DNA from: Eledone cirrhosa
Lineage: Eukaryota
Direction of reading: 5' to 3'
Length of the DNA: 64,000 nucleotides
Assembly (NCBI GenBank): GCA_964016885.1
Contig: OZ024741.1
Location: 365,924,001-365,988,000, forward strand
Under the pieces are notes generated by a model. That model had not been told where the DNA came from. It saw only the letters and a list, made by a program, of their open reading frames with translations, and ran no database searches. This document shows, in pieces, positions 1 through 12,323 of this stretch. Each line of letters opens with the position of its first letter. Position 1 is the first letter of the stretch. The translations under genes and the position numbers were made by a program.

Positions 1-489
1 AAGTAATCGCAACTGGATAAATCTTTACCAAACTGTGGGTATAATTTAACACATTTAAAGAGGAATGGTGCAATAAAATGGGCCCCGAGGCGTGTGCGCG
101 TTCACTGACAGCCCCAAACGAAAGGGTCGCCATCAGCTATTTCAAGGGCCCTTAAAAGGACCGTGTAAGCCGTTCACTGACACCCCAGTAAGGAGGGGTA
201 ACCATCAACAATTTCAAGTGGTGGCCCTAAAAAGGGCCATGTGAGCGTTGACTTGTAGCCCTTAATAGTGACTTTGACTGCGTTCTCTGACATTTGAAGG
301 AGGGTGTTATGGTTGCTTCCACTGGTAGCCTTTAGAATGAATCAGAATGCGTTCGCGGTCCGTTTAACAGCCATGAAGCTACTATAGCGATGTTTTTCTT
401 TACCGGCTTTAATTTTTAGTGTTGTGTGAAATATATAACCTGCAAACCTGATTTTTGAATCTCAGCAGGATCGACTTTATTTCATTTGT

Positions 490-1099
490 TCCCCTAAAAG
501 TTGGATTTTCCTTGCTCACGGTATGAAGAAGAGACTGACTAATACATAGTTACCTGCTTTCATTTTTAGTGTTGTGTGAAATATATAACCGTCTTACCTA
601 AGCTTAGTATTGCCACGACCACGGCTGGCAAAGAAGTAAGGGTATGGTGGTACCTAAGTAAGCAATACTGTGGCTTAAAACGTGAGGAAGAAGTTGTGTG
701 CACTTACCAACTGTTTGTGGAATGAGTGTGATATTTGTCTTGAGCAAAGGTGGCAGAATAACAGGAGGCAGTGGGCCGGAAGTGGAAAATCTGCACGCAG
801 AGGGAATTTTGGGAAGTGACGTTATGCAGACAGCCAGGCATACAGACAGATATTATAAGGGAGCGACGTTATATGTATCTAAAAGGAGAAAGACTATGAA
901 TTATAGAGAGATCGCTAAATCGCCTAATGCGGTACCTAGCGCATTGAAAATTTGAAAGTATTTTTGCTCAGAACACTCCCTGAAACATAAGTATTACATG
1001 TGTAAAGTTTGAAAACAGTTGGTTGGGTGTTTCTCGAGTTTTAGGGATTCAGACTCACACACACACACAGGCAGACTTCCTCAGTTGTATATATGTAGA
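490..1099 (-). mobile_element. Non-autonomous Helitron-like element, partial copy head-to-tail with the next copy
   Basis: Shares long blocks with 1103-1990 (e.g. 814-1099 ~ 1696-1990) and ends in the same CCTCAGTT.TATATAT.TAGA terminus; left boundary uncertain. Confidence 0.55.
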
Positions 1100-1102
1100 T
1101 TA

Positions 1103-1990
1103 CTAGCAGTAGTAACCGGCGTTGCACGGGATAAGGTATTTTGAACGCGGGCCTCCAACAGACCTAATCGTGGAAAAACTGCATGCCTGGTCAATATGTA
1201 AAGAAAATAAACCGAATACTCTGATGGCTCAATAATCTTTAAGATGTTCCTCGATGAAGCAGGAAAAATGCAGGTTTTCACCTAATGCGGGCCCTAGGGG
1301 ATCAAGAAAATGAATTTTTTTTATGTGCATAATATGCCTTGAAATTTTGGGAAAATCGGCTAGACATAACGCCTCCAAAAAGCCCTAAGAAGTAGCAAAA
1401 ATGAAGTTTTTCACCTAATGCGGGCCCTAGGCCATAAAAAAAAGTTGAATTATCTTCGCTCACGTTATGAAGAAGAGACTGACTAATACATAGTTACAAT
1501 TTCAAGGAAATCGGTCTGACGTAACGCCTCAAAAAAACCCTAAAAAGCTTAAAAAACGCAGTTTTTCACCTAATGCATAACATTCCGTGAAACCTAAGTA
1601 ATACACATGTAAAGTTTGAAAAAAATCGGTTGGGTACTTCTAGAGTTTTAGGGATTCAAGCTCACAGACACACACACACAGACAGACATCCTCAGGAAAG
1701 TGACGTAATGCAGAGAGCCAGATATACAGACAGATATTATAAGGGCGCGACGTTATATGTATGTATCTAAAAAGAGAAAGACTAATAATTATAGAGAGAG
1801 AGATCGCTAAATCGTCTAATGCGGTCCCTAGGGCATTGAAAATTTGAAATTTCTTTTTAATCAGAACACTCCCTGAAACATAAGTATTATATGTGTAAAG
1901 TTTAAAAAGAGTCGGTTGGGTGTTTCTCGAGTTTTAGGGATTCAAACTCTCACACACACAGACAGACATCCTCAGTTATATATATAGAGA
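1103..1990 (-). mobile_element. Non-autonomous Helitron-like element
   Basis: Minus strand begins TCTATATATA and ends CCCGTGCAACGCCGG hairpin + CTAG followed by T; internal CA/CAGA microsatellite and subrepeats; second copy at 50394-50951. Confidence 0.7.
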
Positions 1991-2882
1991 GATTTTAAAA
2001 AAATTATCCTTTTAGCTGTTCAATAAATACATCGTGGAAGTGTCATTATAAATACTGTCAAGTTCAATTTAAATTTATTATTCATTAATTTATTATTCAT
2101 TACGGTGACAACTGAAACTGTCTCAGTGACCACGTCTCAAGCAGTGCGACGAAATCTCTAACAACAGGAAGAAAGTGATAAATACAAGGGGAATTTAATT
2201 GTTTTTGTGTTTTTGAATGTCAAAAATGAATCTTCAACTGTGTAATTGCTTTAGTTTGATCTGAGATCAAGTCACTTGCTTCAGAACTACAACTTCAAAT
2301 AATCTTTTGAAATACCAATTATAGAAATTTAAAAACTAATTCGCATTATCTAGCGTTTTATACATCAAATTTAATTATTTTTGTTTTAGTAAAATATAAA
2401 TATAAAACAAACCTTAACTATTATAGTAAATTTTAAAAATGTTTTGTAATACGGGAAGTCAATATTCATTTAAGATGTACCCATTATTACAAGGTACATA
2501 ACGAATAAATCATTTTATTAATTATACAGTTGTAAGGATTTCAACTTTTTTAATCTTTGTAAAAAATACTTGAGTGTCTAGTAGGCATGACATAAGGAGA
2601 AATTGGCTTCTATTTATAGCAGATCGAGCGACCATGTTGGCGCTTCCTTGTATTTAGGACAGTGAATTTCTTATAGTTCATTGGCTATAATAGCGCCTTC
2701 ATTGTCCTTGATTAGCTATAAGTCATCCGTGATCAAAAGGATCTATGATCATAGGCACTCTATCCTTGACCGTCGAGTCATTTGGTATTTCAGAGAGCAG
2801 ATTATCTAATGTGTATTCAGATTTTAAGACGTTATGAATGTGATTCAAAGCAGGTTGGGAGCTATTATTTCTAGCAAGTATA

Positions 2883-3083
2883 GGGCGGTGGATTGGCAGA
2901 ATCGGTAGAGTTTCGGACACCATGCTTTGTGACATAAAGGTACGGCCGTTTACGTTCTGAGTTCAAATCCCGTCATCCTTACAGTGTCGATAAAATATAG
3001 TACCATAACGAAATGGGGTCAATTTAAACGGCTATCCCCTCCTCCAAAATTGCTGGCCTTGTGCCTGAATAGGAAACCATAAA
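2883..3083 (+). mobile_element. tRNA-derived SINE (family A, Nin-domain-like cephalopod SINE)
   Basis: A-box-like TGGCAGAATCGG, B-box GAGTTCAAATCC, body CATCCTTAC..GTCGATAAAAT, tail GGCCTTGTGCCT..GAAAC; >12 copies in window. Confidence 0.75.
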
Positions 3084-3095
3084 TTTAGCAAGTAT

Positions 3096-3320
3096 GTCGG
3101 TGAATTGACAGAATGTTTAGAGCGTCGTACAAAATGCCTTGCGGATATTGTTCTAGGTCTTTACATTCTGAGTTCAAATCCCTTCAATATCAAATTCGCC
3201 TTTGATAATTCCAAGGTGATAAAATAAGTACCGCTTTAATAGGATAACAAAAAATGTTATCATCAACTATTTAGAGTTGACACCCCCAACAAATTTGTGC
3301 CCAAACTTAGAAACAATTAT
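3096..3320 (+). mobile_element. tRNA-derived SINE (family A), diverged
   Basis: GAGTTCAAATCC B-box and same body/tail as 2883-3083. Confidence 0.65.
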
Positions 3321-3861
3321 TTTTAGCAGACTGAGTGTCTATGTAGAACAGATGTCCTCAAAGCGGTTGATATCATTTCTGTTGAAAGGATTGATTACTC
3401 AAGAGGTTCATTGAAGTTTTCTATCAAAACCTTACTTTTGTATAAGAAATGAAAATTATTAAAATAAGAGAACATACAACTTCTTTACACAGGTTTCTGA
3501 TTTATGTAGAATTCGTCTTATTTTCTATTTCATATTCTGTTTATTGGTTTGATTTGATTTTTATACACGCCTGAGAATCGTAGAACTGTCAAGGATGTTA
3601 TGAAGGGCATGGTGGACTACATTGTGTGGGAATCCCTGACGTAAACATGCTTCGGTTATAATTCTATCATCAACTGGACTAAAGGTGTATGTGAGGAATG
3701 GCATCATGGAGCTGTCGTAATTATTTTGTGCAAAAATATTCTACTAATAACATCAAGTTGACCATTACCTAGGGAGTGGTATTTAATTGATGGAAAATGG
3801 AGGAGCCCTCCTTATCTATCTATCTACCTATTTCATTCTCTCTCTCCCTCTCTTTATATAA

Positions 3862-3916
<55 letters not shown>

Positions 3917-3946
3917 AGTGTGTGTATATGTATGGATATGTATATG

Positions 3947-3976
<30 letters not shown>

Positions 3977-3983
<7 letters not shown>

Positions 3984-4865
3984 TTAACGGAGTCATAGAC
4001 TTGCGTTAGTCCCTGTAAATTATGTGCTCAAAGGAAAAGGAGTCCTGGGCTCTTCAAAATACAATATGTAGAAAGGATAACACATTAGAGGGAGAGAGTG
4101 TGTGTCATCAATAAACAGGGAAACTACCAGTGTATGAAATCTATAAACTACGGAAGGTGAGGTAGACACATAATTAAAAATATAAATCAAAATGAATATA
4201 CCCACCTCTATAACTATATATCACATACGTACAAATCCAAAGAGATTCGTTTCGCCATAAAATTAGTGACTGAAATGGAAATACCAATGGCTCATCAGCG
4301 TGTGTACAGTAAATACATTCCAGACAGCTCTAAGAATATTTAAGATAATCGCCTTGCAACACGCTGTGTACAGAAGTGAGTGCGTGCGAAGAACAGTGAA
4401 CCAGCGGTTTCGTGGGATGAGCGGCTAGAAATGGCAGCCCGAAACCAGTCAAAGAAAAGTGCTCAACCAAACAGAGGGAGAAGAAAGACTGTTATAAGCA
4501 GCAAAATATCAAAATATTAACGGAGTCATAGACTTACGTTAGACCCTGTAAATTATGTGCTCAAAGGAAAAGGAATCCTGGGCTCTTCAAAATACAATAT
4601 GTAGAAAGGATAACACACTAGAGGGAGAGAGTGTGTGACATCAATAAACAGGGAAACCACCAGTTTGGCGAAACGAATCTTTTTGGATTTGTACGCGTGT
4701 GATATATAGTTATAGAGGTGGGTATATTCATTTTGATTTATATTTTTAATGTTTATGTGTCTACCTCACCTTCCGCAGTTTATAAATTCCATACACTGGT
4801 GGTTTCCCTGTTTATTAATGGCACACACTCTCTCCCTCTAGTGTGTTATGCTTTCTGCATATTGT
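3977..4865 (-). mobile_element. Non-coding PLE pLTR element: partial tandem plus inverted copy
   Basis: 3977-4135 directly repeated at 4512-4665; 4666-4865 is an inverted copy of ~4060-4257; carries an HHR; flanked by (TA)n. Confidence 0.7.
4222..4305 (-). ncRNA. Type I hammerhead ribozyme
   Basis: acacacg CTGATGA gccat..atggc GAAAC gaatc..gattt GTA cgtatgt. Confidence 0.8.
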
Positions 4866-4876
4866 ATATATATATA

Positions 4877-4949
<73 letters not shown>

Positions 4950-6041
4950 TTATATATATATATATTTATTCAGGTTTGAAGGTTCACCACTGGATAGAGC
5001 TGGTCAATTCCGTATGGTCAATCTTAATGTAATAATATGGAGAGTACTCAACGTAAAGCAGTTCAACAGTCTTCGTTTTTGTAGTTGGTGGTGCTAGTAC
5101 GGAGTTAAATATTATAATAAAATGACAGGAGGCTGGACTGTGTAAATCCTTTCAATGACCGGGTTCCGTATGAATTCGGTGATATCATCAGGTATTCGAA
5201 ATATAATAAATGAATGTAATAGATAAAATCCATGGGGCTGAAAATCAAAGACCGGAGGACGACCGACCATCTAGCATCCTCCACTTTAGCCAGTCGCCCT
5301 CAAGTGTTGGCTATTCGGTCTACTTGACGCTATCTGGTGAGGAGGCTAAAGCTTATAGTGTGCTACTAACCTCCCGGTCAAATAGAAGAAAAAGAAAGGA
5401 AGAGGAAGCTAAGTCAGCGTTAATATCATGCTACAAGAAAAAGACAGAAAGAAGGGGGAAGAAAAGGAAGAAGAAGAAAAGGCAGCGTTAATGTCGAGCT
5501 ACAAGAAGAAAGACAGAAAGAAAGAGGAAGAAAGCTACAGCCAGGCCAGCAATGGTGCGAAAAAAATATATTCTAAAGGACCCGTATCTTAACAGAGGTA
5601 TATATTATAACAGAGGTAAATATAGTGGGGGTCTGCATGTTATAATGTATGAGTAGAAGATTGGAACGTTAAATTCTTGTTTAGATTTATATTAAAATTT
5701 AATATTTAATATTAACATTATAAAATTAAAGAAATTAGAAAATTGAAAATTAAACAGTTTAAAAGTTTTAAGGTTTTGGTTGTGAGGTTTAAGTAAAGAA
5801 AGAGTCTTTTATGAAGAAACTTAAATTGTATTATAGAGTAAAGATATGTCTTTGTTTAGCAGTCGAACAGCATGCGGCGCCTGCGGCTCCGGCCAGCCCA
5901 TCCTAACCGCGTGTCAGCCATTCCGAGTGAGATCGCCTAGCGAAAGATATGGAAATCAATTTTACGAAGCACTCCAGGAATGTATAACAGGCTTCAGGTG
6001 CGCCAATTAATAAATGAAGACATTCACATAATCAAAGTATG

Positions 6042-6103
6042 TTTTATTATATATATTTCGAAGGTTCTGTGGTGTTTTTCCAGTACGTCCTCGTCAGATA
6101 AAA
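6042..6103 (-). ncRNA. Type I hammerhead ribozyme
   Basis: ttttat CTGACGA gga..ttc GAAAT atat ATA ataaaa; stem II imperfect. Confidence 0.65.
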
Positions 6104-6264
6104 TAGATGAATTGATGTATGACATACCTCAACGGTCTTGATAGTTCAATTCCAGTATTGGCAGCGTGTTTTTAATCTATTGTAAAACTATATCCATTGA
6201 GTAATCAATGAACCATATTAATCTTTGGTTTTATATATATATATATATATAGGAACGAGTAGGA

Positions 6265-6329
<65 letters not shown>

Positions 6330-6332
<3 letters not shown>

Positions 6333-6493
6333 AACGAGTCGGACTAACATTTTTAGTCCAGAATTAGCCGTCGAAACGGCTTGAGCTCAGCCGTCGGGGT
6401 CCTACTCGTTCCTATTACCCACTCTACTACCCTAAGTATTGAGTACTTTGGTGCGTTATGGTCCACCTGGTTCCTTACCCCATTTCCTTCGTT
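6330..6493 (+). mobile_element. Short pLTR remnant with 3' half of an HHR (same family at 8565-8720, 16075-16130, 47101-47250)
   Basis: Shared GAAACGGC..AGCTCAGCCGTCGGGGTCCT..CTC and TACTACCC.AAGTAT.GAGTACT tail; short inverted arm; (TA)n flanks. Confidence 0.55.
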
Positions 6494-6664
6494 ATATATG
6501 TATATATATATATATATATATTATACTTTGGGAGGGTCATGTTGCCAATAAGAAACACACGCACCAGCTGCTTTCACTTCAATTTATTATAATAAATTTA
6601 TAAATTTAGGAATTTATAAATTTCCGGTTGGTTGGTTCCACAACCAGATGGTTGTTTATATATT

Positions 6665-6707
6665 GTCAAAGTTCTTTCGTCACACATTCTGTGACCTCTT
6701 CAGTGAC
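6665..6707 (-). ncRNA. Minimal type I hammerhead ribozyme
   Basis: gtca CTGAAGA g gtcac..gtgac GAAAG aa CTT tgac; same family at 22582-22624. Confidence 0.6.
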
Positions 6708-7017
6708 TGGGGATTCTTTTCTTTGTTTTTTGTGCCTCTCCTTTGTTCTGTCCTACGCCATCTTGTTTTTGTGTGTGTGTTGTGTGCTTAGTTTGCGCAT
6801 GTGTTACATCCGGGTGTCTGTGTGTGTTTATATTCGTTTATTTATTTGTTTATTTACATGTTACTGGTTGGTTGTTTGTTCTATGTGCGTGTGTGTTTTC
6901 ATTTTGTCCTTAATTGTAAGTTGTGATGTTGCTGTTCCACTCATGTTTTCTATTTAATTTTGGTTGTAATTCATTGTAATTCATATGTTGCTTTTGGTAT
7001 GTTTCGGTATGTTTCGG

Positions 7018-7150
7018 ATCATACCAAAATCAACATACTGATTGCGGATTTGGTACGGGTGATGAGAAACGTGTCCCGCATGTGCAACCCCGAAGAACTA
7101 GAGAGACACATACAACACTTCATCCACCGCATGCAGTTCTCTGGTTACAA
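7018..7150 (+). pseudogene. PLE reverse-transcriptase thumb-region fragment
   Basis: TKINILIADLVRVMRNVSRMCNPEELERHIQHFIHRMQFSGY resembles the PLE thumb (K...L.R..RN.....F..RM..SGY); lies between two HHR-bearing segments. Confidence 0.5.
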
Positions 7151-7562
7151 TCCACCCTTAACCCTTAACCCTTGGGTCTCATACTAGTATCTCCCACTAT
7201 ATTTCTAATTTATTGCTTTTTCTTTTATCTGTCATTTGTTAATACTTCAGATTCTCTACACGTATCTATGTATGTTTCGAATATGGCTTTTCATGTTAGC
7301 ACTACATCCGCCACAGCATCCTTATACAGACACTTTTCTCACCACCACCACTAACATATTCGGTACTTATATGCTCTCACTTATCTTTATTTCTTTATAT
7401 TTCTATTATTTTTCCATTTTATTACTTTTTTATTGTATCTTTTTTCTTACTTTTTACATTTGTAACTTCTTTACCTATTTATCATATATTTTATTATTGC
7501 TGTTATTGTTTTGATTCTACGCTATTTCTCTATATATATATTATGCCATGTATGAATTATTT

Positions 7563-7673
7563 GTATTCTGAGGATTTGATCAGAGGTATATAATGTATTG
7601 GAGATCAAGTGACGCAACTTCGAGCGATTAGCGGCCTCTAGACTCACCTGATCAATGAAACAATTGTTAATAC
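7563..7673 (+). ncRNA. Type I hammerhead ribozyme with long stem II
   Basis: gtatt CTGAGGA t ttgatcag..ctgatcaa t GAAAC aatt GTT aatac. Confidence 0.75.
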
Positions 7674-8733
7674 CTGAAATAAAGCCCCTTGTTGTACAGC
7701 TGACCATGTTACTCTTCAATCTTTCACTATTATTACTTCAAGTATAACCTGCATAAGAATTCTCGCGAACTCGCTGCTTAACTATGGAAACATCTTGTTG
7801 AGTCAAACAAAGCCGTACGTTAAAACTATCCACGACACAGAGTACGCACAACTTCTAACTGGATTACCCATAACGATAACTTGTTATCCCATTGATATAT
7901 GGGATATATGTGTGTATATATATATATATACACACACATTTAATTTCCAATTAATAAACTTAACTGTCACGAATTTTCACATTTATGATGCTCACATTTA
8001 GATCGTAAATATTCTTGTCAGAATAAATTTTGTATTCCTCTTGATATCAGATGACTAGAATTACTTCTGATAGTAAATACATTGCTCTCTTTAAATAAAC
8101 ACCTTCCCTTTTATATGTATATATTTAAGTATTCATTTATATTTACTTTATATTTTCTTTGCCTAGTCTCAGACATAGTTATTAAACATGTTGATGAATA
8201 TATTTCTTTTTTATGCTGCAGCCTATTATTTTCCATGAATCCACTTTTTGATTTTTTGATTTTTTTTTTTTTCTACTTTGATAATCTTTTCATGGTTTGT
8301 TTACTTAATTTATTTTCTTTCGATATTTTTTTAGTATCTCATCATGTTTGGTTTCTGGAAATTTCTTGTAATAGAATCTCGGTTTTGTATTTGAAACGAA
8401 ATCAAACAAGGTGATATAATATGTTGATGTTTCTATCTAAATTTAATTTCTCTTCACAAATAACAGACATTTCCACAATAATGTGTAAGAGATGACTTTG
8501 AAATCAAAGACATCATAATACATAATTTTCTTTATTTTAGTTTTTCTTTAATATATATATAACAAAGAGGGTGTGGTAAGATACCAGGTGGACAATAACG
8601 CACCAGAGTACTCAATACATAGGGTAGTAGAGTGGGTAGTAGGAAAAGAGTCGGGGCCCCGACGACTGAGGTCCGGGTGTTTACAGGTAGCTCAGCCGTT
8701 GGGTCCTGACTCTTTCCCTATATATACATATAC

Positions 8734-8833
<100 letters not shown>

Positions 8834-8883
8834 GACTGACGAAGATTCAATTATACAAGGTTCTATATATATGTAAATGTTAA

Positions 8884-9110
8884 AGATCTCATTCGGTCAT
8901 GTATACCACTCTTCTCTTTCTACGCCAACGATGTTGTCTAGGGGAAAGGTAAAAACCGATACACTTTGGCACCAGTAACGTCACAAATCATTTCTACAGC
9001 GGAATGGATCAACGTGAAATAAAGTACCATGCTCAAGAACATAACACAAAGCCCGGTCGGAGAATAGAACCCTACTACGATTTTAACCCCATGCTCCAAC
9101 CATTAAACCA
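8884..9110 (-). mobile_element. SINE-like repeat family B (related copies 19975-20150 -, 38495-38745 +, 44140-44480 +, 52530-52800 +)
   Basis: B-box-like GGTTCGATTCC (38523) and shared core TGTTCTTGAGCA..ACACTT.ATTTCACGTTG; boundaries approximate. Confidence 0.5.
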
Positions 9111-9111
9111 T

Positions 9112-9185
<74 letters not shown>

Positions 9186-9360
9186 GGTGAGGAAAAGAAA
9201 GGAAGAAAATATATGGAAGATAGAAATGTATCTCTGTCAGAGTCAACAAAAAGTGACCCAGTTGTTTGATCAACAGAACAGCCTGCTCGTGAAATTAACA
9301 ATATGTACATCTTAGACGTATAGTGGTGCCCCAGGTAAGGCAATAGAAAGTCTCAATAAT

Positions 9361-10030
9361 AATAGGGATTTCTGTATAGGCACAAGGCCAGCAGTGTGTT
9401 ACAGGTACTTTATTTTAACGACCCCGTAAGGATGAAAGGCAAAACTAACCTCGGGAAGATTGGAACTCGGGACATAAAGGGGCGTAACTCTATGGCATGA
9501 AGCAAGGTGGTTGACACTCTACCGCTACTGCCAATCCATAGCGCTTACACTAATAATAATTGTTTGTACTTTTGGCAAAAGGCCAGTAATTATCCCTGTA
9601 CGTTACTGGTACTTTATTTTATCGACTCCGTACAGATGAAAGGCAAAGTAAAACTCGCCGGGATTTGAACACAGACCGTAAAGGGCCGTAACTCTATGCC
9701 GCAAAGATTGGTGTCCGACTCTCTACAGATACTACCAATCCATCGCCATTACACTAATAATAATAATAATAATTGTTTCTACTTTAGACACAAGGCCAGC
9801 AATTACCAGTACATTACTGGTACTTTATTTTATCGATCCCGTAAGGATGAAAGGCAAAGTTAACCTCGGCGGGATTAGAACTCAGACTGTAAAGGGACGT
9901 AACTATGCTAGAAAGCATGATGTCTGACGCTCTACCGATTCTGCCAATCTACCACCCTAATAATAATAATAATAATAATGGTTGCTTATTTAGGCACAAG
10001 GCCAGCAATTTGGGGGGGGAGGAGTCGGAT
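9361..10030 (-). mobile_element. Head-to-tail cluster of ~3.5 family A SINEs
   Basis: Units ~9361-9543, 9560-9746, 9772-9957 and a 3' fragment at 9979-10030, separated by (TAA)n tails. Confidence 0.75.
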
Positions 10031-10150
10031 TTTAGTCTTCACATTTATTATTATTACTATGTATATATATAGTCAGGAAGACAAAATGAGTTTAATATTT
10101 AGTTTCAATTTCGATGGTTTATGGATGGAGTTTGGTAATATATATATATA

Positions 10151-11526
10151 GAAGTCCCTCAAACTATAGGGACTTCTACAGAACATGAAAACACCTCTCG
10201 GCCAGACCTCCCTCAAGCTATATGGACAATTACAACACCCTAGGTTGTGAACTCCCCTCAAGCCATAGGGAACAACCCAGGCGGAGCAGACACCATGATA
10301 GCCTAGAGATAGAATCGGACACAGCCATAATAATCTGGCCAACATCTATAACACAAACACTTTTAATTTACCAGATTTCTGACCTTAAAGTTCCAATCTT
10401 AAATCTTGATTTCTCTTTATTAATTTGTTATTTGTTTTCTGCCCTCTTCACTGTATAACCTTATATTTATTTTAAGTTGAGATAGATTATAACACAAACA
10501 CATTGAATATCTCATCTTAACATCTTGTATCATACCAATCTATCCAACATATTCTGACCTTGAGATTGGTTATAGCATACACACACACACACTTTATCCT
10601 ACATTATTTCTCACTTCTCCATATAAATTATCATTACTTTTTCACCAATCTCTCATTTACTCTTTATTCTTTATTCTCTATTTATTTATTTATTTATTTT
10701 CAAATTACACAAATTATATTAATTATTTTATTTTATTATATTATTTATTTATCTTCTGTTTTCTTCATTTATTGCCTTATATTTCTTCATATACATGAAA
10801 GAACCCCCCCCCCCCCCGCCACCACCACTACGATGGTGGCGGGTGGGATGAAGAGAAAACACAAACTGAATACTTCTAAATTGTTAGCAGCAGCAAGGTA
10901 TAAGCTGACCACTACAACAACAACAGTACCAAAATAATGGTGGAGGTCAAATGTACTGAACAATAGCAGGCATAAACACTACAGGGAGCCTCACCCCAGA
11001 AAGAATTCTATAGACTTCTGACTGAGGAATGCTCTCAGAACTGAACAATGGGAAGTTTGACACATTTTTTGATATTTTGTTCCTTCAACACCTTGTCCCT
11101 TCTACCATTTTATCAATTTTTAAGCTAACTCCAACAATGACAACACTAATAACTGACCAATGAGAGGAGAAGGGGACCTGTGACACGAAAATTCGTTTGT
11201 TTGAATTCATATGACTCCAGTTCCCCAGTGAATTAACAACCCAACAAGGAACTGGGCATATCAGAGTATTGACAATATCATACACCTAAACAACATATGT
11301 ACTTGTCTATACCATACTAATTCAAACTGCCTGAAGAGGTCACAGCCAAAGATGGCTGTCACTGAAATATATATAGCAGTAATAAACGAAGCTAAATTTT
11401 AATCATTTGACTTTTATTTAACTTTATTTTACACTACTCCGGAGTAACCAAACCAACCTGCGCACTTCGTCGAGTGCTCCAGCCTGCATACTGAGGTGTT
11501 GGTATACAGCCAACATAAACTCAAAA

Positions 11527-11530
<4 letters not shown>
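10151..11530 (+). mobile_element. 5'-truncated Naiad-type PLE 3' UTR/pLTR (same family as 29451-31890)
   Basis: Colinear similarity to 30005-31890; HHR at 11326-11380; (TA)n on both sides. Confidence 0.75.
11326..11380 (+). ncRNA. Type I hammerhead ribozyme
   Basis: actgc CTGAAGA ggtcacagcca aaga tggctgtcact GAAAT atat ATA gcagt. Confidence 0.85.
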
Positions 11531-11572
<42 letters not shown>

Positions 11573-11576
11573 GGCG

Positions 11577-11704
11577 CCCACTGATGAATTATAGGAGCCC
11601 AGTAGAATATATATCTATTGATGGTATACAAGCTCCTACATAAATTGGTATAATTTCACCCAAATTTGTAGGAATCCTATAATGAAACGAGACGTCCGTC
11701 TAGG
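11577..11704 (+). ncRNA. Hammerhead ribozyme with branched stem II
   Basis: CTGATGA attatagga..tcctataat GAAAC gagacgtcc GTC; stem I weak (ccca/tagg). Confidence 0.6.
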
Positions 11705-11794
11705 AAGAGATATATTCGATATGTCTCATATGAAATAATACGGCCAATTTTACATGCAATACTTTTAGTTAGCAGCCCGAACGCTTAATTAGGA

Positions 11795-11832
<38 letters not shown>

Positions 11833-12006
11833 AATACGAAATACAAAATTCGAAATTAGGAATACGAAATACGAAATTCCAATACATATCTGTAGACAGC
11901 TATGCTTGTAGCTAAATTCTAATTCTTATATATATATATATATTTGTTTGCGTTTCGTTTCGCTTTTCCTCCCCGCCGAAAATGCGATTCTCGCTGAATC
12001 TTTATT

Positions 12007-12052
<46 letters not shown>

Positions 12053-12207
12053 AATTAGAATGAACCTACAAGCATAGCTGTATACAAATATGTATTGGAA
12101 TTTCGTATTTCTAAAGAAATATGTTATGTTTATTTATAAACATACCGTATTTCTTTAGGAATACGAAATTCCAATATATATATATATATATACATATATG
12201 TGTGTGC

Positions 12208-12261
<54 letters not shown>

Positions 12262-12323
12262 ATACGCATAAGTGTAAGTACCAAATACACCCAAGTTAAC
12301 ATAAATCTTCATTAATTCTATAT

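Noticed and set aside
2883-2970. tRNA gene
   Set aside because: A/B boxes belong to a SINE head; no cloverleaf
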